Source: Minisyncoccia bacterium
GTDB taxonomy: Bacteria > Patescibacteriota > Minisyncoccia > Phycocordibacterales > UBA918
Length of the DNA stretch: 64,000 nt
Direction of reading: 5' to 3'
NCBI GenBank assembly: GCA_046598345.1
Contig: JBKJIT010000003.1
Location: 156,549-220,548, forward strand
Shown one piece after another: positions 33,506 to 42,470 of the stretch (within the stretch, counting starts at the first letter, position 1; the number at the start of each line of letters is the position of its first letter). Below the pieces are notes generated by a model that worked only from the letters and a program-made list of their open reading frames with translations, was not told where the DNA came from and made no database searches. The position numbers and the translations under genes are program-made.

Positions 33506-34042
33506 TTAGTTTGGCTGTACCATTTCGACAATTTCCTGGGCAACTTCTAAGGGAGTCTTGGTATCAGTATCGATTATTCTGCAACCTTCCTTTGAAAAAA
33601 TGTCACGAAGCTTTGGTGCATAAGTTGCGCATTCTTCAGCAAATTGAATGAGCGGTTTACCTGCCGCTCGCTCAATCTCTTTTTCGCTTTCTTTGGTGGG
33701 GTAACGACCGAGCAGGCGTTTCCGAACTATGTCGCCACTGGCGTGTAAGAGAATTAATTCAACCACAGGATGCGTTTCGTCTTGCACTAAACGAACTCTC
33801 TTTGGTTCGTTAAAGCCACAAATTATGGTTGATTTACCCAAGCGTGCATTCTCCGTCCCCACACTAAGCCAATTAGCCGTCTCTTTTTTGTGCCAGGCAG
33901 AACCGCCACCAGCGGGCACACCTCGTTCGTCAAAGTCTCGAATATCGAACTTGTCTTGCGGCAAGAGCTTTTTGAGATGCTCGAGGGCCGAAGATTTACC
34001 GACACCAGAAACTCCACTGATAAAATAGATCTTTGGCTTCAT
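33506..34042 (-). CDS. P-loop nucleoside/nucleotide kinase-like protein
   Basis: GVSGVGKS, IDT..KTP.EVA. Confidence 0.8.
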   Translation of the reverse strand: MKPKIYFISGVSGVGKSSALEHLKKLLPQDKFDIRDFDERGVPAGGGSAWHKKETANWLSVGTENARLGKSTIICGFNEPKRVRLVQDETHPVVELILLHASGDIVRKRLLGRYPTKESEKEIERAAGKPLIQFAEECATYAPKLRDIFSKEGCRIIDTDTKTPLEVAQEIVEMVQPN

Positions 34043-34112
34043 GTCTAAATCATAACAAAAACAGACCCTTTAGAGAAAGTCTGTTTTTGAGCCGGGATAC
34101 AGTTATTCATAT

Positions 34113-34300
34113 GGTCACGAGTCACTCAGTAAAATGCTTACATTTGTACTAAGTGCTTTCGACCCCACCTCACGTGCCCCCGGCATCGTTCCGGTTCGCA
34201 TTTAGACACTGACACAAAGCAGTTTGTGTCATAGAACAAAACACCATCATTTCATGATGGTGTTTTGTTCTATCTAACTGCGCGGCGGACGGGACTCGAA
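34113..34300 (-). repeat. Inverted copy of tRNA-Asp 3' end plus family A element
   Basis: 34274-34300 is the exact reverse complement of 35288-35314; the rest parallels 35427-35625. Confidence 0.85.
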
Positions 34301-34352
34301 ACGTATTGATAACTTGTTTAGGTAAATATACTGTCATGACATACTATGTACT

Positions 34353-35009
34353 ATGCCCATACAAAAGATTGTACAATCAGATTTTTTTAAAACATGGAGT
34401 CATGGCATGGCGTACATTTTGGGATTTTTTGCAGCAGACGGAAGTATAACGAAGACAAAAAGAAATACTCATTTTATTTCGTTTACTTCTGCCGATAGAG
34501 AGATTTTATCCGCCATACAAAGATTGATGAAGTCTAATCATAAATTATCCGAACGAAAATCTAAGACCGGTTGTGTCTATCGTTTCCAAATTGGTAGCAA
34601 AGTCATTTTTAATGACCTCATTGCACTTGGTTTTAGTAAACGCAAATCAACTCGTATGCTCATGCCTAATATCCCCAATCAATACATTCCAGATTTCATT
34701 CGGGGTTATTTTGATGGTGATGGAAATGTTTGGATTGGTTATATGAATAAACACAGAGAAAGGCAGACAAAAGTAATCCAAGTCGCATTTACAAGCGGAA
34801 GTAAAAAATTTCTTGAAACGCTTTTATCTCTCTTGCGAGAGAGAGGGATACGAGGTGGCTCACTTTACTCATCAAAGACAAAGAATTTTTCTCGACTTTC
34901 CTTAAGTACTTTAGATGCTTTGAAACTGAAGGGAATCATGTATAATGGGCAACCGAAGCTCTATTTGAAAAGAAAAAAGCTTCGCTTTGATACGTATAAA
35001 TCAATGTAA
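34353..35009 (+). CDS. Free-standing LAGLIDADG homing endonuclease
   Basis: Two motifs YILGFFAADG and FIRGYFDGDG; LKRK C-terminus. Confidence 0.88.
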   Translation: MPIQKIVQSDFFKTWSHGMAYILGFFAADGSITKTKRNTHFISFTSADREILSAIQRLMKSNHKLSERKSKTGCVYRFQIGSKVIFNDLIALGFSKRKSTRMLMPNIPNQYIPDFIRGYFDGDGNVWIGYMNKHRERQTKVIQVAFTSGSKKFLETLLSLLRERGIRGGSLYSSKTKNFSRLSLSTLDALKLKGIMYNGQPKLYLKRKKLRFDTYKSM

Positions 35010-35011
35010 CT

Positions 35012-35307
35012 GCGGTGGTAGCTCAACTGGTTAGAGCACCCGCCTGTAGACGTGCAGCTTTCTTTCCGAAAGGGGGATTGAAACTTTCCGGGATAACGGT
35101 GAAGGCTAAGTTTGCCATTTGGCGAATATGCGAATACCGTGGGAACCTTATACACAAAAACACATAGTATAAGGGCGCCGTAGAGACTAGATACCGGGAT
35201 ATCTAAAAGTTTGAAAAAACTCATGATAAAGATATAGTCCACGCCACTATGAAAATAGTGGAAGCAGTGCACGCGGGAGGTTGCGGGTTCGAGTCCCGTC
35301 CGCCGCG
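35012..35307 (+). tRNA. tRNA-Asp(GUC) split by group I intron
   Basis: Exon 1 35012-35047 and exon 2 35270-35307 rebuild cccgc-CT GT/C AC-gcggg. Confidence 0.92.
35048..35269 (+). ncRNA. Group I intron (222 nt) at anticodon position 35/36
   Basis: Follows U, ends in G; R element gtagagacta and S element aagatatagtcc (P7). Confidence 0.88.
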
Positions 35308-35362
35308 CAGTTAGTAAAAGTCGGCCTTGTGCCGATTTTTTCGTGCGCGTCAGGGACTCGAA

Positions 35363-35436
35363 GAGGTTGCCAGCTATTTGTGACCGAAGGAAACAAATAG
35401 CGACAACCTGTACTGAACATGTAATGTTCGAGTCCC
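35363..35436 (+). repeat. Covarying hairpin element (family C), copy 1
   Basis: gaggttgccag-hairpin-cgacaacctgtactgaacatgtaatgttcgagtccc; also at 46480 and 48129. Confidence 0.8.
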
Positions 35437-35654
35437 GTCCGCCGCGCAGTTAAATAAACCTAAAAACCACAGTCTAAGGACTGTGGTTTTTAGGTTTAGA
35501 ACACAAACTGCTTTGTGTTCGTATCTAACTGTGAGCTAGAGTCATGTTTTTGCTACACAAAATGCAAAATAGACGAGGCCGGGTCGAGAGTGCTTAAGAG
35601 CAAAGCGAATTAGCAACTCCTGACCAGTACCCAGCGAAAGGGATTTGAAAAGAC

Positions 35655-35730
35655 TGGAGCCGTCTCCGAGGATCGAACTCGGGACCTTTGCGTTACGAAT
35701 GCAATGCTCTACCAACTGAGCTAAGACGGC
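35655..35730 (-). tRNA. tRNA-Thr(CGU)
   Basis: GCCGTCT/AGACGGC acceptor, loop TT CGT AA, encoded CCA. Confidence 0.93.
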
Positions 35731-35757
35731 GGTGTCGCTATAGTATACTTAAGGTAT

Positions 35758-35958
35758 ATGAAAGACAAACAATATTACGCAATCACTTCCACAGTTTTTT
35801 TAGTAATCGCAGCGGCACATTTCACTCGAATTCTACTTAATCTCGGTGCTTCAATTGGTGGATACGAAATCCCACTCTACGCAAGCGGTGTTGCAGTAAT
35901 TCTTGCGGGGTATCTTGCAACTCGTGGTTTTATGACCCTTTGCAAAAATAAGGCCTAA
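35758..35958 (+). CDS. Small two-TM membrane protein
   Basis: 66 aa, two hydrophobic helices. Confidence 0.7.
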   Translation: MKDKQYYAITSTVFLVIAAAHFTRILLNLGASIGGYEIPLYASGVAVILAGYLATRGFMTLCKNKA

Positions 35959-36003
35959 CATAGTAGAGTATATGTATAGTTTGGACATGCTATACTAATT
36001 TAT

Positions 36004-36615
36004 GTGATTAAAGAAAATCTCGAATTACAGTATCTCGTACAGCAGAAATCTGTAAGTCAAATTGCGGGAGAAGAGAAATGTTCACAAAACAAAATCACAT
36101 ATTGGCTCGAAAAACACAAAATTCCAAAACGGACAATTTCCGATGCTCTTTACATTAAATATAATCCACAGGGAGATCCGTTCCTATTTAAAAAACCAAA
36201 AAGTTCTGAAGAATGGTTTATATATGGTCTTGGACTAGGTCTGTTCTGGGGTGAGGGGAATAAGATGAATAAAAATTCTGTGCGACTTGGAAATACTGAC
36301 GGAGATTTGTTAAATTTATTTCTATACTTTTTACAGTCTGTTTATCAAATTAACGAACAGAAGTTACGCTTTGGATTACAGCTCTTTACTGATATTCCAA
36401 AAGAAAAGGCACTCGAATATTGGTCTCAGAAATTAAAAGTTTCAAAGAGTAAATTTCAAAAAATTGTTGTAACTAAGTCAGTACGCAAAGGTATCTACAA
36501 AAAGAAAAGCGAGTATGGGGTTCTGACCATCTATTTTTCGAACACCAAACTTCGTGATAGTATCATGGCTGCAATTACCGAATTGCGTGGGAAACTTTAC
36601 AATAAGCCATCTTAG
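36004..36615 (+). CDS. HTH plus LAGLIDADG-like protein
   Basis: N-terminal HTH (SVSQIA..ITYWL..HKIPKR), GLGLFWGEG, VRLGNTD; overlaps tRNA-Thr 5' end. Confidence 0.7.
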   Translation: MIKENLELQYLVQQKSVSQIAGEEKCSQNKITYWLEKHKIPKRTISDALYIKYNPQGDPFLFKKPKSSEEWFIYGLGLGLFWGEGNKMNKNSVRLGNTDGDLLNLFLYFLQSVYQINEQKLRFGLQLFTDIPKEKALEYWSQKLKVSKSKFQKIVVTKSVRKGIYKKKSEYGVLTIYFSNTKLRDSIMAAITELRGKLYNKPS

Positions 36616-36882
36616 CTCAGTCGGTAGAGCGCATCCATGGTAAGTCGCATGACTTCTTGCCCTTCAGACTGGAAACTGTCTGATGAAACCCGAATTACGG
36701 TTAAAAACTCAGGTGGAGTTAAGACCGTGGCCCAATTACCCCAATGGGCCCGAACGACTGACAAGGGGCGCTTCATTCAAGTTGAATATGCGTAAGATAC
36801 AGTCTAGTCCCCATATATCACTTTTTATAAATTGGGGTGTAAGCGAAGGATGAGGTCCACGGTTCAATCCCGTGAGATGGCT
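36606..36882 (+). tRNA. tRNA-Thr(GGU) split by group I intron
   Basis: Exon 1 36606-36641 and exon 2 36846-36882 rebuild catcc-AT GGT/AA-ggatg. Confidence 0.9.
36642..36845 (+). ncRNA. Group I intron (204 nt) at position 36/37
   Basis: Follows U, ends in G; gaacgactg (R) and aagatacagtct (S) form P7. Confidence 0.82.
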
Positions 36883-37340
36883 CAGAAAAAAATCCCTGAA
36901 AGGGGATTTTTTGAGACATCTAGGTAAGCAAACTACTTTGCCTGCATCCGGGATTGAAAACCAGAGTCATGTCGCTTGCGACAGACGAGGTCGGGTAGGA
37001 GGTTCTTGGCGAGCCTAGAAACCGGACACCAATCCCGTGAGGTGGCTCAAAAAAATTAAATATCCTATAGTGTCCGGCCGGACACTATAGGATATTTATG
37101 TAGGAGAATGGCATTGTGTAGAAGCTGCGAAGTATCAGAAAAGTAGTAAAAGAAGTAAGTGTTGTGTGATAGTCTAATATATCCCGTGTTTTCACAGGAT
37201 GGTTTTTGCTCTTTAAGATGATAGGAAAGAGTGGGGCCTTGCAAGAAGCTTCATGTGCTTCATGAATGCAGCCCAGCCTCGCCACAATAAACGCCCGCAC
37301 ACACGGGCGTTTATTTATTATTTTTTGTATACTCATCATC

Positions 37341-38216
37341 ATGGCTGATGATCCAAATATTCGTATTGCAGAAATTGAGGCAGTAATGCTTCAGTCGGAT
37401 TTTTGGAGTGACCCCCAGAAAGCACAAGGGATGTTCAAGGAACTGGAAGCACTCAAAGATAAGGTCGCAGGGAAAGAGAAATATGATCGGAGCCCTGCCA
37501 TCCTAACGATCGTGGCGGGCGCCGGGGGAGACGATGCTGAAGATTTTGCTCGCATGCTCGTAGAGATGTATCAGAAATATGCCGAAGGGCGCGGATGGGG
37601 GCTTACCATTATTGATTCAAATGCCAATGAGCAGAATGGCTATCGCAACATTGCATTTGAAATAAATGGGAAAGAGGCGTACGGAACGCTGAAGCGTGAA
37701 TCGGGTGTTCACCGACTCGTGCGTATGTCTCCATTTAATGCAAATGGTAAACGGCAGACATCGTTTGTACTCGTTGAAGTTTCGCCTCGTGTTGACGATC
37801 TGAAAGAAGTAGATCTTCCTGAGGAGGAAATAGAAACCTCGTACGCAAAGGCAGGAGGGGCTGGTGGACAAAACGTTAACAAGCGAGAAACTGCGGTCCG
37901 CGCAACACACGTGCCGACGAAGATTACAGTGCATGTATCCTCAGAACGTAGTCAACAGCAAAATAAAGAGAAGGCACTCGCGCTCCTCGCAGGGAAGGTG
38001 TACGCCTTTCGTGAGGAACAGCATAAACGTGAAATGAAAGGACTTTCGATTGAGAAAACGGTCAAGATTGAGTGGGGAAGTCAGATTCGTTCGTATGTAC
38101 TCCATCCGTATCAACTCGTGAAGGATCATCGTACGGACGTGGAAATACGCGATATACAGAAGGTTTTAGGAGGCGACATCCAGCTATTTCTAGACGCAGA
38201 GAGTGTGATGGAGTAG
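37341..38216 (+). CDS. prfB: Peptide chain release factor 2 (short N-domain, no frameshift)
   Basis: SPF specificity motif, GGQ, WGSQIRSYV; upstream of ftsE. Confidence 0.93.
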   Translation: MADDPNIRIAEIEAVMLQSDFWSDPQKAQGMFKELEALKDKVAGKEKYDRSPAILTIVAGAGGDDAEDFARMLVEMYQKYAEGRGWGLTIIDSNANEQNGYRNIAFEINGKEAYGTLKRESGVHRLVRMSPFNANGKRQTSFVLVEVSPRVDDLKEVDLPEEEIETSYAKAGGAGGQNVNKRETAVRATHVPTKITVHVSSERSQQQNKEKALALLAGKVYAFREEQHKREMKGLSIEKTVKIEWGSQIRSYVLHPYQLVKDHRTDVEIRDIQKVLGGDIQLFLDAESVME

Positions 38217-38241
38217 AATAAAACATCGAGTTAGGTATTCT

Positions 38242-38925
38242 ATGATTTATTTTGATAATGTTTCGAAGATTTACAATGCAGGCCAATCAGTGGCCCTCAA
38301 AGATGTAACGTTTCAAGTAGCGCCAAACGAGTTCGTCTCAATCGTTGGACACTCAGGAGCAGGGAAAACGACGCTTCTTAAAATGCTCATCGCAGAAGAT
38401 AGGCCGAGTCATGGACAGGTTTTTTTTGAATCACTCGATATCCACTCTATTCCTCGTAGTTCGCTCTCGAAATATCGAAGAAAGATAGGAACCGTATTTC
38501 AGGACTTCAAGCTTCTATCAAATAAGACGGCGTACGAAAACGTTGCTTTTGCAATGGAAGCAAATGGTCGTTCAGATGAAGAGATTGCGGAGAATGTGCC
38601 GCAAGCGCTCGCCCTTGTGGATCTTACCGATAAAATCTGGAATTTTCCGCATGAACTCTCCGGTGGTGAGAAGCAGCGTGTAGCAATTGCGCGTGCAATA
38701 GTGAATCAGCCCGACATTATCATTGCGGATGAGCCAACGGGCAACCTGGATCCAATAGCGACGTATGAGGTTGTGCAGATTTTGAAAAAGATTAACGATT
38801 TAGGAACGACTGTTATTATGACGACTCATAATAAGGGTGTTATTGACGCTCTTGAGCGACGGGTAATTACGATGGACGAAGGTCGAATAGTCCGGGATGA
38901 CGCTGAGGGTAAGTACGTGCTTTAA
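38242..38925 (+). CDS. ftsE: Cell division ATP-binding protein FtsE
   Basis: GHSGAGKT, VFQDFKLL, LSGGEKQR, ADEPTGNLDP. Confidence 0.95.
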   Translation: MIYFDNVSKIYNAGQSVALKDVTFQVAPNEFVSIVGHSGAGKTTLLKMLIAEDRPSHGQVFFESLDIHSIPRSSLSKYRRKIGTVFQDFKLLSNKTAYENVAFAMEANGRSDEEIAENVPQALALVDLTDKIWNFPHELSGGEKQRVAIARAIVNQPDIIIADEPTGNLDPIATYEVVQILKKINDLGTTVIMTTHNKGVIDALERRVITMDEGRIVRDDAEGKYVL

Positions 38926-39050
38926 TTGAACTATGAATTTGTCACATTTCTTTGTCGCTTCACTCATACGCTCCACGCACGGTAGGTCGACTACCGCTTG
39001 GTCGCGTATTTCACTCGCTTCGCGAACTCTGAACAAATTCTTAATTTCAA
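38926..39050. repeat. Long hairpin element (family B), copy 2
   Basis: cacatttctttgtcgcttcactcata matches 20975-21000 at 23/26; imperfect terminal inverted repeats. Confidence 0.65.
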
Positions 39051-39064
39051 CAAACCAGTAAGAT

Positions 39065-39985
39065 ATGTTTACGGGTATTAAACGAATTATTCGCGCTGGT
39101 TTTGTGGGGTTTTGGCGCAACGCATTTGTTTCCTTGGCAGCCATTTTTGTAATGACCGTGACACTTACCGTGATTGCAGGAGTGCTTTTATTAGGACAAA
39201 TCCTCAATGCTTCTCTTTCACAGATTGAAGAAAAGGTTGATATCAACGTCTACTTTGTGACGAGTGCCGAGGAAGAAAGTATTTTGAAATTTAAAACCTC
39301 ACTCGAAACACTTCCGGATGTACGAGACGTAACGTACACGAATCGCAATGATGCACTCGCACAGTTTAGGGAGCGTCACCAGAATGACGAACTTACACTC
39401 CAGGCGCTTGAAGAACTCGATGACAATCCACTCGGGGCAACGCTTTCCATTCGAGCAAAAGAAACTTCGCAGTATGAAAACATTTCAACCTTCATTCAGG
39501 AACAACGCGCGAGTGAGGACGCAGAGAACCCACTCATTGATCGAGTAAATTACCTCAACAATAAAGACGCAATCGACAAGCTGACGAATATTATTAATGC
39601 AGTTGAGCGGTCAAGTCTCATTGCCATGATTGTGCTGGTCGCCTCATCAATTCTCATTACCTTCAACACCATTCGTCTCGCTATTTACACCATGCGTGAG
39701 GAAATTTCCATCATGCGGCTTGTGGGTGCGGGGAACATGTTTATCCGTGGGCCATTTATGCTTCAGGGCGTCATGTATGGGCTCGTTGCAGGAGTTATAA
39801 CCCTACTCATCATTTATCCTACTGTTCTTTGGCTTGGGCCGGCGACTGAAAGTTTCTTCTCTCTTAACCTCTTTGTACACTTCGTAAATAACTTCGCTTA
39901 CTTCTTCCTTGTCCTTGTCGGTTCGGGAATGGCACTCGGCCTTATTTCGAGCACGCTCGCAGTTGCACGCTACCTTCGCATCTAA
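39065..39985 (+). CDS. ftsX: Cell division permease FtsX
   Basis: Four-TM topology, NTIRLAIY..REEI.IMRLVGA..FIRGPF. Confidence 0.95.
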   Translation: MFTGIKRIIRAGFVGFWRNAFVSLAAIFVMTVTLTVIAGVLLLGQILNASLSQIEEKVDINVYFVTSAEEESILKFKTSLETLPDVRDVTYTNRNDALAQFRERHQNDELTLQALEELDDNPLGATLSIRAKETSQYENISTFIQEQRASEDAENPLIDRVNYLNNKDAIDKLTNIINAVERSSLIAMIVLVASSILITFNTIRLAIYTMREEISIMRLVGAGNMFIRGPFMLQGVMYGLVAGVITLLIIYPTVLWLGPATESFFSLNLFVHFVNNFAYFFLVLVGSGMALGLISSTLAVARYLRI

Positions 39986-39988
39986 CGC

Positions 39989-41662
39989 ATGAAGAAGAAT
40001 CAAAAGAAACTGAAAAGCACGAAAAAAGAACATGCATACATCTTCGTCGTCGGCGGGGTCATGAGTGGAGTTGGGAAGGGAATTTCCTCTTCGTCGATCG
40101 CGATGCTTCTTCAGGCGCGTGGGCTCATCGTGACCGCAGTAAAAATTGATCCATACATCAACGTTGACGCAGGTACGATGAATCCGACTGAACACGGTGA
40201 GGTGTTTGTGCTAAATACAGGCCTTGAAACTGATCAGGATATGGGGAACTACGAGCGTTTTCTCAATATCGATATTCCAGGCATTAACTACATGACGACA
40301 GGGAGTGTGTACCAGGATGTTATCCGTAAGGAGCGCAATCTTGAGTACAAAGGAAAGAATGTTGAGGTTGTTCCGGATTTCCCGAGAGAGGTAATTAGAC
40401 GAATTAAAATTGCTGCGGAAGCTGCGAACGCTGATGTGACGCTCATTGAAGTGGGAGGAACGGTAGGAGAATACCAAAACGTACTGTTTCTCGAAGCAGT
40501 ACGTATGATGAAATCTGAAATGCCCCACAAGGTTGCGGTCGTCATGGTCAGTTATCTTCCGGTTCCGTACAGTATCGGAGAAATGAAAACAAAACCAACG
40601 CAAACAGCTGTGCGAAGCCTGAATAGCGCCGGAGTTTTTGCCGATTTTATCCTTGCGCGCGGCCCCGCGCCACTCGATATAAAACGCAAAGAGAAGATTG
40701 CGCAATTCTGTAATGTGCGAGCGGAACACGTTATCTCAGCACCTGATGTTGCGAGCGTCTATGACATTCCCCTCAATTTTGAAAAAGATGATCTCTCTAA
40801 GCGCATTTGTGAGGTACTTGGTATTAAAAAGATTAAGCCACTCAACCTAACGCTCTGGAAAAAATTTGTTGAGCGTTCAAAAAATGGAAAGGATACGGTG
40901 AAGATAGCCGTAGTAGGAAAATATTTTAATTCAGGAGATTTCGTCCTTTCGGATGTCTATATTTCGGTCCTTGAAGCAATTAAGTACTCTGCATATGCAC
41001 TCCACTTGAAGCCTGAAATAGTGTATCTCTCGTCTGCGCAGTTCGCTGACGCAAAACAACTCCGGAAGCTCAAAGAGTACGACGGGGTCCTTATTCCGGG
41101 AGGATTTGGTTCAACGGGAATTGAAGGAAAACTCAAGGTGATAGCCTATGTCCGCAAAAATAAGATCCCATACTTCGGACTCTGCTACGGAATGCAGCTT
41201 GCAGTACTTGAGTATGCCCAGAATGTGCTGCGTCTCTCACATGCAAGCACGGAAGAAATCGATCCTACCTCGAAGCATTTGGTTATTGGGGTGATGCCTG
41301 ATCAAAGGGATAAAATAGCGAAAGGGGATATGGGGGGCACGATGCGTCTTGGTGAATATGTGTCAGTTTTAGAAAAAGGTTCAATTGCAGCCAATGCGTA
41401 TGGTACCCGAGAAATAACCGAACGACATCGTCATCGGTACGAGGTGAATCCTGAATATATAGAGAGGCTTCAAAATAAAGGCCTTGTGTTTTCCGGCACC
41501 TCGCCCGACGGAAGGCTTATGGAAATCATGGAACTTCCTAAAGACGAACATCCTTTTTTCCTAGCAACACAATTTCATCCAGAATTTCACGCTCGCCCAC
41601 TTCGTCCGCACCCACTTTTCACAGCTTTCATCAAGGCTTCGTATGAAAACAAAACAGGCTAG
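39989..41662 (+). CDS. pyrG: CTP synthase
   Basis: GGVMSGVGKG, KIDPYINVDAGTM, KTKPTQ, GLCYGMQ, QFHPEF. Confidence 0.98.
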   Translation: MKKNQKKLKSTKKEHAYIFVVGGVMSGVGKGISSSSIAMLLQARGLIVTAVKIDPYINVDAGTMNPTEHGEVFVLNTGLETDQDMGNYERFLNIDIPGINYMTTGSVYQDVIRKERNLEYKGKNVEVVPDFPREVIRRIKIAAEAANADVTLIEVGGTVGEYQNVLFLEAVRMMKSEMPHKVAVVMVSYLPVPYSIGEMKTKPTQTAVRSLNSAGVFADFILARGPAPLDIKRKEKIAQFCNVRAEHVISAPDVASVYDIPLNFEKDDLSKRICEVLGIKKIKPLNLTLWKKFVERSKNGKDTVKIAVVGKYFNSGDFVLSDVYISVLEAIKYSAYALHLKPEIVYLSSAQFADAKQLRKLKEYDGVLIPGGFGSTGIEGKLKVIAYVRKNKIPYFGLCYGMQLAVLEYAQNVLRLSHASTEEIDPTSKHLVIGVMPDQRDKIAKGDMGGTMRLGEYVSVLEKGSIAANAYGTREITERHRHRYEVNPEYIERLQNKGLVFSGTSPDGRLMEIMELPKDEHPFFLATQFHPEFHARPLRPHPLFTAFIKASYENKTG

Positions 41663-41957
41663 ATCGTTTACCTTTAAGGGGAAAATCTGGCTGTACCCGG
41701 GTGAGTCGGCCAACTGGCACTTTTGCACCGTTCCGAAAAAGCAATCGAGCGAACTCAAAGAATTATATAAAGGGCTCACGAAAGGATGGGGTTCACTCCC
41801 TGTAGAAGTGACTATCGGAAAAACGACATGGAACACATCTATTTTTCCAGACAGTAAATCAGGAACCTACATTCTTCCGCTTAAGGCACAGATACGCAAA
41901 AAGGAAGGACTTTACGAAGGTGATGCATGCACCATTTCATGTGTGGTCTGTGTATAA
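41643..41957 (+). CDS. DUF1905-like protein
   Basis: WHF.TVP, WGSLPVEVTIG..W.TSIFPD..YILPLKA.IRK. Confidence 0.8.
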   Translation: MKTKQARSFTFKGKIWLYPGESANWHFCTVPKKQSSELKELYKGLTKGWGSLPVEVTIGKTTWNTSIFPDSKSGTYILPLKAQIRKKEGLYEGDACTISCVVCV

Positions 41958-42070
41958 GGTTTTCAAAAATTGATCAAATGAGGCGTGATCTCGTGTACGT
42001 GGATTCTGCACATTCGCTAGCGGGTAGGGTATACTGGACGCTAAGTAATTAAATAAATTCACGTTTGCGT

Positions 42071-42352
42071 ATGAATCAAGGAAATTGGACCTGTAGTAGC
42101 TGCGGTACCGCGATCACCGAGCTCCCGTTTGAGCCACGTAGCACTGACGGGCTACTCTGCAAAGAGTGTCACGGTAAGAAGCGAAATGAAGGTGGTGGAA
42201 GTGCGCCTAGGCCACAGCAAGGCGATAAGCCTCGGTTTGCAGGAAACTGGTCATGTAGTTCTTGCGGTACTGCAATTACTTCACTCCCATTTGAGCCAAA
42301 AGATACCTCCAATTTGAAGTGCATTGACTGTTTCAAGAAGAGTAGGGCGTAG
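42071..42352 (+). CDS. Tandem CxxC-x17-CxxC zinc-ribbon protein
   Basis: Two repeats of W.CSSCGTAIT.LPFEP..C..C. Confidence 0.85.
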   Translation: MNQGNWTCSSCGTAITELPFEPRSTDGLLCKECHGKKRNEGGGSAPRPQQGDKPRFAGNWSCSSCGTAITSLPFEPKDTSNLKCIDCFKKSRA

Positions 42353-42470
42353 GTGGTGTAACTAACCCGTATCTCATAAAAAACAGCAGGCCTCACGGCC
42401 TGCTGTTTTTTTTGTAATTACAGAAGAAAGCACTTACAACCAGGGAGAATAAGTCTGCACTACCAAAATC

